In this document: positions 58,008-64,000 of the stretch, piece by piece
Position numbering within the stretch: the first letter of the stretch is position 1
How the letters are laid out: the number at the start of each line of letters is the position of its first letter
IMG/VR virus record: IMGVR_UViG_2684623128_000006
Coordinates: 19,411 to 83,410 of that record
Reading direction: 5' to 3' (one strand)
DNA length: 64,000 nt
DNA from: a virus
Lineage: Duplodnaviria > Caudoviricetes
The notes under the pieces: model-generated
What the model was told of the DNA's origin: nothing
Database searches by the model: none
What the model saw: only the letters and a program-made list of their open reading frames with translations
Program-made: the position numbers and the translations under genes

Positions 58008-58761
58008 TGACTCGGCCTCCCATACCAATCGCGCCCTGACGGACAGTGATCGACTCGGCCTCATAAACTTCTGCAATCACTTCAAAAGAGATTGAGGAAG
58101 CAAACAGGCGAGTATTTTCATGGTCTACTTCGGCGGGGTCGGTCATCGCATCTTTACGGCCACGTATCTCGATGCTGATTTCCATTTCAGTACCCGCGAG
58201 CATGGTTTTCGCTCTGAATACATGCTTACGCTTGCCCTTGGTATGACGTAGCCAAACCATTAAACCTAGCGCTAGGCGGCTAAGGGTAGACTGGTTCCAA
58301 GCTAGGGCATTAATGCGGTAGGTAAGCGCGACAAAGGACTTATTAATCACGGCATAAGGCTGGCCTTGTTCATTGGCCAGTTCGCCATAGTCAGCAATAT
58401 CGACGTACTCCGCGCCATCAACAAACCCAATCACCGGATCGCGCGTGATGTAGCAAACAGGTAAAAGCTCATTACGGTTTGCTTTCACCTTGTCGCCCAA
58501 CTTTGCCGTTAACTTAGATAGGAATGACACTGGATCGTTAAAGTTGCCGTAGTAAATCTTTCTCGACTTATCACGGCCAACAAAGCGAGAAAACTCACTG
58601 TTCTCTCGCCGTTTAGTGTCAGTCACAACTAAGGAATCAAGCACGTTCTGGAAAAAGGCAGCTACCGCACGGTCAATGTCGGTTAGCTCTGTGTGTTCTA
58701 CCTTGCCATCGAATGTCACTACATCGCATGGAATTTCAAAGAACGTCTCATCCAGTTGCAT
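58000..58761 (-). CDS. tail terminator/completion protein (P1 gp24-like)
   Basis: Syntenic with gp5-gp6; LLPVCYITR motif; GGAGG SD. Confidence 0.65.
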   Translation of the reverse strand: MQLDETFFEIPCDVVTFDGKVEHTELTDIDRAVAAFFQNVLDSLVVTDTKRRENSEFSRFVGRDKSRKIYYGNFNDPVSFLSKLTAKLGDKVKANRNELLPVCYITRDPVIGFVDGAEYVDIADYGELANEQGQPYAVINKSFVALTYRINALAWNQSTLSRLALGLMVWLRHTKGKRKHVFRAKTMLAGTEMEISIEIRGRKDAMTDPAEVDHENTRLFASSISFEVIAEVYEAESITVRQGAIGMGGRVIE

Positions 58762-58784
58762 GATTAGTCCTCCAAATCGTCCAG

Positions 58785-59303
58785 CTAGTAATACTTACGG
58801 CCTTTAACGATAGTGATGCACTTATCGCTTCGGTGTAAGGTCACATCGAACTTGTGGAAGTTGCTCGTTAGGATAGGTAGGTAAGCCGATACAGGCTCAT
58901 TGCGTTGGTAGCCGTCTCGCGTTTTACGGCCTTTACCGGATCGGTTGCCCTCATAGATTTGAATGACCGCGCAATCAAAATCAATCTTGGCCATGTCTGC
59001 GATCGCTGCATCGAGATCTTTGCACATGTTAAGTACGTCCGCGCATAACATGACGCAAAAACGGCGTTTTGAGCTGTCAATTTCGGCAATATTGTTTACT
59101 ACGCCTTTCGCTTTCGAGTTCGGGTCATAGTGAGTGACCGTCATGCTCTGCTTGTGGTAGTTGGTAAGGTATTCTTCTGTTAGGTCGGGAAATTTACCGC
59201 AACCAAAGCTAAGAATGCTGTTCGCGTATGACCAGTTAGGCGCAAGTCTGCTAAGGCGCTTTGCACTGGCTGGCACTTGCTTTCGGCTAGTCTGTAATGT
59301 CAT
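58785..59303 (-). CDS. small class I SAM-dependent methyltransferase-like protein
   Basis: ILSFGCGK, YDP, VLN, IYEGNRSG..GYQRN motifs. Confidence 0.65.
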   Translation of the reverse strand: MTLQTSRKQVPASAKRLSRLAPNWSYANSILSFGCGKFPDLTEEYLTNYHKQSMTVTHYDPNSKAKGVVNNIAEIDSSKRRFCVMLCADVLNMCKDLDAAIADMAKIDFDCAVIQIYEGNRSGKGRKTRDGYQRNEPVSAYLPILTSNFHKFDVTLHRSDKCITIVKGRKYY

Positions 59304-59522
59304 GCACACTCCAAAATTGGAGTGGCGTTTTAAGGATGGGGTGGACTAGGGCTGATTTGAACGCAAATTATACACCTCGACGCTATTAAGCCTAAATAAC
59401 CAAAGAGATGCATATAAATGCGACGCTTGTCACATACATCTCATGAGCTCTTAAGTAAATTGCGCGCGATTAAAAATCATTATCATTTACATTAAAGTCA
59501 GTTAAGTTGTAAGGGCTGTGTT

Positions 59523-60119
59523 ATGCGTATATATACTTTGATATTTTTCTTCCTGTTTTCCACTATTACACCAACTCTCGCAATGGCTTCATATCCGCCT
59601 CTTTGTAATGTTGTAAAGGTAAAAGAGCACCATAAAATCCCTGATGAACGTCCATACTGCATTGAAACAGAAGATGCTCAGGTCACGTTTGTTAATCTAT
59701 CGTCAAACCCCGTTGAGGTGGTTAGCTTAAAAGACTCTACTCATATTGTTTATCCAAATGAGTATGTAATTACTACAGGTAGGCTTGTAGTCGCAAATTC
59801 TAAAGGCGCTGTAGTTAGTAAAGAAGAACGAGGCATCGTTGTAGCTCGTGATTATGGTGGTAAAAAAGCAAACGTGAATCAAAGGATTGTACCTTTAGCC
59901 GTTTGGATTCCTAGTGCTATTGGTGGAGCAATCTTGGGCGGAATGGGAGTTGTAGCTTCGAACCCTAGCGCTGGCCTTAGACCTATTGTTATTGGAGCAT
60001 TCTCAGGAGCGCTTGGTGGAGCATTGGGTCCATTGATGGGGGCTGGTCAGTTTGGAGTAGTTGCAGGTGGTGCTTTAGGTGTCTCTGCTGGTGGAGCGTG
60101 TAGCAGTTGTCATATTTAA
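59523..60119 (+). CDS. secreted bacteriocin-like protein with a glycine-zipper C-terminus ending in CxxCH
   Basis: Sec signal (..TLAMA), GxxxG-rich hydrophobic C-terminal ~75 aa, terminal GACSSCHI. Confidence 0.7.
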   Translation: MRIYTLIFFFLFSTITPTLAMASYPPLCNVVKVKEHHKIPDERPYCIETEDAQVTFVNLSSNPVEVVSLKDSTHIVYPNEYVITTGRLVVANSKGAVVSKEERGIVVARDYGGKKANVNQRIVPLAVWIPSAIGGAILGGMGVVASNPSAGLRPIVIGAFSGALGGALGPLMGAGQFGVVAGGALGVSAGGACSSCHI

Positions 60120-60391
60120 TCTGGACGTTGGCAGTCGCATCATACTTGGTGCTTTGCTTTACTCTGTTAAAAGGAAACAAAGAACGATTATTATATGGCT
60201 GCATAATAATCAGTTTAATTGTAGTGAACATCATATTTGACTTCCGAGGGCCTCATTTTTTTGATGTTTTGTCAGCGTTCATTATCTATGTTCTTTCTAA
60301 GTGGGTTAAAGCAGATCCTAAGTATTTTCTTATCACAACCACTGTCATGTATTGGCTCTACCCTCTAGTGTTGAGTGTTACAACTCCTTAA
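60107..60391 (+). CDS. multi-pass membrane protein, putative immunity
   Basis: 94 aa, 3-4 TM segments, start overlaps the upstream stop, GGAG SD. Confidence 0.65.
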   Translation: MSYLIWTLAVASYLVLCFTLLKGNKERLLYGCIIISLIVVNIIFDFRGPHFFDVLSAFIIYVLSKWVKADPKYFLITTTVMYWLYPLVLSVTTP

Positions 60392-60455
60392 AGTTTATGA
60401 TGAAGAGCTGGTAGAACAATACAATAATGACGAATAGGTAATCATTATATGACTG

Positions 60456-60486
60456 AAAAGAGTCGCCGGAGAGGCGGCTCTTTTTT
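60456..60486 (+). terminator. rho-independent terminator
   Basis: AAAAGAGTCGCC-GGAGA-GGCGGCTC followed by a T run. Confidence 0.8.
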
Positions 60487-60493
60487 AGAAACT

Positions 60494-60580
60494 CTATAAA
60501 CAAGCCTATTGCGTTGTGTTTGGTGTTTAGGGTGGTATACGGCGACTTCGGTAATGCGTTTCTTACACCTTAACAGCGGG
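60494..60580 (+). repeat. degenerate Vibrio super-integron attC (VXR) remnant
   Basis: TGCGTTGTGTTTGGTGTTTAGGGTGGTATACGGCGACTTCGGTAATGCGTTTCTTACACCTTAACAG resembles the 3' two-thirds of V. parahaemolyticus/vulnificus-type repeats as recalled; the terminal GTT is missing. Confidence 0.65.
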
Positions 60581-61354
60581 AATGGGCAAAAACCTACAGT
60601 AAACAGCAATGAACAAGAATGAGCGAATACTCACATAAAAAATGTACTTATATGTATGTTGTTTGTGCTTTGTTGTTCATGGGTATGTGTGTATGTACAA
60701 TTATTTTGCTACATATACGCTACACAAAGGATTTGTGCATACCCATTAAGAAGAAGATAACCAACACCTTCAATCAAGGCGCTAACTGTCGCAAGAGTCA
60801 TCCAAATATGTAGATAAAGGCAACTTTAAACGACTATTTAGAGGAAAGTACAGGTAAAGCTCTCAACCAACTGACTAAAGACGGTAAGTTAGAAAAGAAA
60901 ATGCCCAACGGCTCAAACCGCTACTGTTTCCTTACTACCGTTCGTCCTCAAACGTCATTTTGCTAAGTACTTAAACTTACTCCACTTTCAGAAAATGACG
61001 CACCACTCTCGGCATGTAATAGATAAAACATTAAGCTTTAAGGTCCCTAGTTGCGTATTGAGGAATTGGTTCTGGCTTTACCCTAACTGGTATCGGCTTC
61101 CCCAAAAAAATAACGTAAAGAGATAGCGTATCGCTGTGCTATGCGAGTGCTGTACAATTCGAGCTAAAGACATGACTTGTCACTCAGAGAATGCTGCTCT
61201 CTGTCTATCGATATCGCGGACGTTGTATTATCAATAAAACAACCCAAAGTGCACTTTTTTATAGTGATATTAACTTTTTCGTCATCAGCATATTAATAAA
61301 AGCTATTAAAAACAGTATGATACAAGTAGTCTTTTAAAGTGGCAGGAAAAGTAA

Positions 61355-61699
61355 ATGGCATCTTTGGGGTATTGTGATGTAAAAGATATGGCTCTTAGTC
61401 GTAAAAGTAAGGGAGCTATAGGGGATATAAAAAGCATCATGGAAAGTGGCAATCTTTTGTCAGGTGTACTAGCGGCAACTCCTTTTTATGCTGTTTTTGG
61501 AACACCCAGTGTCACCTCCAGTCCATTCGAAAAACTGGTCACCATTCGAGAGTATGACTGGGAAACGTTTGGTGATGCAATGTTGGCCACAAGCGCCGTT
61601 ACTCGTAGTCGAATTTATCAGGTTGCGGAGCCAATGACTTGGCAAACTAGCGGTGAAGAACAAAAGTTTTGGAAGTGTGTATCTAATGCGTCATTATAA
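61355..61699 (+). CDS. hypothetical protein
   Basis: 114 aa, AGGA SD. Confidence 0.7.
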   Translation: MASLGYCDVKDMALSRKSKGAIGDIKSIMESGNLLSGVLAATPFYAVFGTPSVTSSPFEKLVTIREYDWETFGDAMLATSAVTRSRIYQVAEPMTWQTSGEEQKFWKCVSNASL

Positions 61700-62174
61700 A
61701 TTTATTGGATTGTTATCCCTTGTTCTCTTTAGTAGCTCCAATGCTGTAGCGGAATCCATAAATATGGATTGGGTAACAAAATTCCATATGGATAAACAGA
61801 CTAAAGAGGCTACTCTTAACTGGATTATTCAGAGAGAAAAATGCATCGCTAAAGAAAAGCAAAGCAAAGAGTTGTTTCCTCGTAACGAATGGTTTGACTC
61901 GTTATCTAAAGAGGACAAGGTAAAGGTTGTCCTCTATATTAACAACGTGAAGCTACAAGCGTGCTCTGAGCAAGAATCGTTAGAGCTAGAACGTTTGGTC
62001 GATAAAGGAAAACATGCAAAACTGAATGAGACACTTACCGTGTTGGGCGCTTTTAACTGGCCTGATGAAGGTGAGCTAGAAGGTATCGACAAGCACAAAG
62101 TAAATCAAATCTCAGAACAAGTTGATATGTTCAACATCCAAGTTGTTGGAGAACAACTCAAGTTTAGAGACTAA
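61686..62174 (+). CDS. secreted/periplasmic hypothetical protein
   Basis: Signal peptide MRHYKFIGLLSLVLFSSSNAVA; two Cys; overlaps the upstream stop. Confidence 0.7.
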   Translation: MRHYKFIGLLSLVLFSSSNAVAESINMDWVTKFHMDKQTKEATLNWIIQREKCIAKEKQSKELFPRNEWFDSLSKEDKVKVVLYINNVKLQACSEQESLELERLVDKGKHAKLNETLTVLGAFNWPDEGELEGIDKHKVNQISEQVDMFNIQVVGEQLKFRD

Positions 62175-62858
62175 CCGTAATACAGGTTGGATGTCGTAAT
62201 ATCATAGCCAACCTGACTGCCCTAGCTTCAATTTAGATAATAATATTGCATGAAAGTAGGGGGCTTGGGTTCAGATATAACAGGTTACTCTAGCTCATTT
62301 ATGCCCCAAAACGTGCCAGAGTAGGCTGACTGCCAATGTTCTAGAAGCCACATCTTGACTTAATTAACCTTATGCGATCAATGTAAACCAACACACATAT
62401 TAGCTAGTTTGGGAAGTAAAAGGATGAAGAGCTGCAAAACTTTTACAATCAGAAGAAACTGGAACAGCGCTGCACGGGAACTCCCAAAATCTTTCACAAT
62501 TTCTATCTAATTTCACATTTGTATATCTATTCCAAAAAACAGACATGAACCATAGCCAGGTGCATTTATACGTTCGGTAACGTCATGTTAGCCCCCTCTG
62601 GCAGGATTGTTGTCACTGTTAAAATTTAATCAGATGGAGGTGGTAATAATGGCTAAGTCGCGAAATCAGAGTGGTCAACCACGCTTGCTTTGTTTGTTTT
62701 GCTTCCAGTTAGTTTTTTTGTGACGAGGTCTAGACATGAGGCGACGAGGAGTGATTAGTGTAGCCGATAAGATCGTAGCTTCTTGATTTAGTTCCATCTA
62801 TTTAAGCAACCAAACCTCTTGTAGACGGACAATGGCGATTCAATTTTCCTATTCTATA

Positions 62859-63158
62859 TTAGAGTATTGCGATGAAGTTATTTATATTTATTTCAACAGG
62901 TGTTGATTTAACTTGACAACACCTGTTGAGACTAGCTATTAAATAAGGTATTTTTTCAAGATTATTCCATTCTACCTCTCCGATTATGCTTACTACTTTA
63001 TCTATAAAAATAGTTGGTAAACCATCTTCATTATTACCACTAAGATAAGGAAAAAGTTCAATTAAAGACACACCGTTATTCAATAACTTTTTATCTAGTT
63101 CATTCCAAAAATTAACACCTTTAGTATAGAAGACAGGGTAGTAATTGTATTTTTTCAA
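62859..63158 (-). CDS. AT-rich hypothetical protein (possibly a fragment)
   Basis: 99-aa ORF with a TTG start. Confidence 0.4.
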   Translation of the reverse strand: MKKYNYYPVFYTKGVNFWNELDKKLLNNGVSLIELFPYLSGNNEDGLPTIFIDKVVSIIGEVEWNNLEKIPYLIASLNRCCQVKSTPVEININNFIAIL

Positions 63159-63383
63159 TTGTTACAAGCTTATTTGCTTTATATAATCCCACATCTCTTA
63201 TTAATGGAGCCAACGCCTTTCGGTTTATAGGCTTGTCAATTTCATATTCAGTACCCTTTAGAGATAATATTGATAAATACTCTGCAATACTTTCACTTAT
63301 CCATATCTGGCTATTAAAAGGAGATAAAAAATGAACTAATTAGTGCGCCGAAACTTTTAAAAGATGTTTATATGAATTACTAG

Positions 63384-63737
63384 TTATTTTGTTTTCATCA
63401 ACCAAGATATTAGATAAATATATATTATATCCAGAAGCTCCTGATAAACTCCCAGAACTTTATCCTTCCTTAGCCAAACAAAATGAAAGTTACCTTTTTT
63501 ACGCTCAATAAAAACACCTAATAAAAAGGATATTTGTTCCCTTAAAGTAGGTAACCAGATATTAACCTCTTCCTTATCAAGCAAGTTCGGATAATCAGTA
63601 CTAATTTCAATCATTTCTTCATTATTTAACTTTATATTTTTCGATATTAATCCATAAGTGATAATGAGAGGAGCAGAATCAAGATTGGGGATTTCATAAC
63701 ACTTCACTAATGGTTCCTCTACACAAATTCTACTCAA
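63384..63737 (-). CDS. AT-rich hypothetical protein
   Basis: 117 aa, AAGGAG SD. Confidence 0.6.
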   Translation of the reverse strand: MSRICVEEPLVKCYEIPNLDSAPLIITYGLISKNIKLNNEEMIEISTDYPNLLDKEEVNIWLPTLREQISFLLGVFIERKKGNFHFVWLRKDKVLGVYQELLDIIYIYLISWLMKTK

Positions 63738-63748
63738 ATAATCTCCTT

Positions 63749-64000
63749 TTACTCTATATAAATCATTCCATTCCGTAAATATGAACCAATTATCATCTGA
63801 AGAATAGATATTTTTTGCTCATAAACATCCACACCTGCCTTGTCTAAAGGGAAGAACTGAATTTCCCATTTAACCTCATCACAATTAATTTCTTCATCTA
63901 TCTTTACTTCGGTAACAATATCATTTTTAACACAATATATAGGCTTGTCTCTAGTATGTCCGTCTCGATTTATTCGTGGGTAAAGCAATGAATAAATCAT
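63749..64000 (-). CDS. AT-rich hypothetical protein, probably extends beyond the window
   Basis: ORF reaches the window edge; coupled to the next gene. Confidence 0.55.
   Translation of the reverse strand: MIYSLLYPRINRDGHTRDKPIYCVKNDIVTEVKIDEEINCDEVKWEIQFFPLDKAGVDVYEQKISILQMIIGSYLRNGMIYIE

Larger units (their letters stand above)
1..59345. mobile_element. P1-like phage-plasmid backbone (continues beyond the window)
   Basis: Co-occurrence and P1-like order of pro, prt, darB, ulx, lydA/B, hdf, darA, S, R, 16, bplA, pmgA, sit, pmgB, tub, pmgC, bplB, pmgG, 21, 22, 23, 5, 6, 24, together with a plasmid Rep_3/iteron origin and parAB. Confidence 0.93.

Noticed and set aside
60619-60966. 64-aa ORF and adjacent fragment as a gene
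   Set aside because: Low complexity, interrupted frames and no recognisable family
62460-62760. Further attC remnants
   Set aside because: Only short fragments resemble attC arms, with no paired R''/R' boxes identifiable by eye
1-64000. tRNA/rRNA genes, terminase, pac, cre/lox, c1, integrase
   Set aside because: None recognised in this window by inspection

Overview
This window is about 64 kb of a P1-like (Punavirus-type) myovirus phage-plasmid. The host is most likely a Vibrio, inferred from a Vibrio super-integron attC remnant and the style of the accessory genes. Left to right it holds: an ssb/HTH/Zn-finger early operon; a small type I toxin-like locus; an iteron/DnaA-box origin with a Rep_3 initiator; a second, probably lytic, initiator preceded by a structured antisense RNA; pro-prt and darB-ulx; a parAB operon with 14 dispersed palindromic parS-like sites; a tnpB-only IS200/IS605 element fused to a ddrB remnant; a C4 antisense-RNA module; the lydA-lydB-hdf-darA operon; a three-gene tail-fibre locus with no invertase; baseplate, tape-measure, tube, sheath and capsid genes largely in P1 order; an inserted GAPS4-like three-gene defence candidate plus a Fic gene; a second lysis cassette; the PAAR/gp5/gp6/gp24 genes; and an AT-rich accessory end. 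That end includes a secreted glycine-zipper bacteriocin-like protein ending in a CxxCH heme motif, paired with a putative membrane immunity gene. Terminase, c1, cre and ban were not recognised and presumably lie outside the window. All homology calls come from recalled sequence features, not database searches. The most notable leads are the CxxCH bacteriocin/immunity cassette, the three-gene defence candidate, the unannotated ncRNA/operator/late-promoter layer and the TnpB guide aimed at ddrB.
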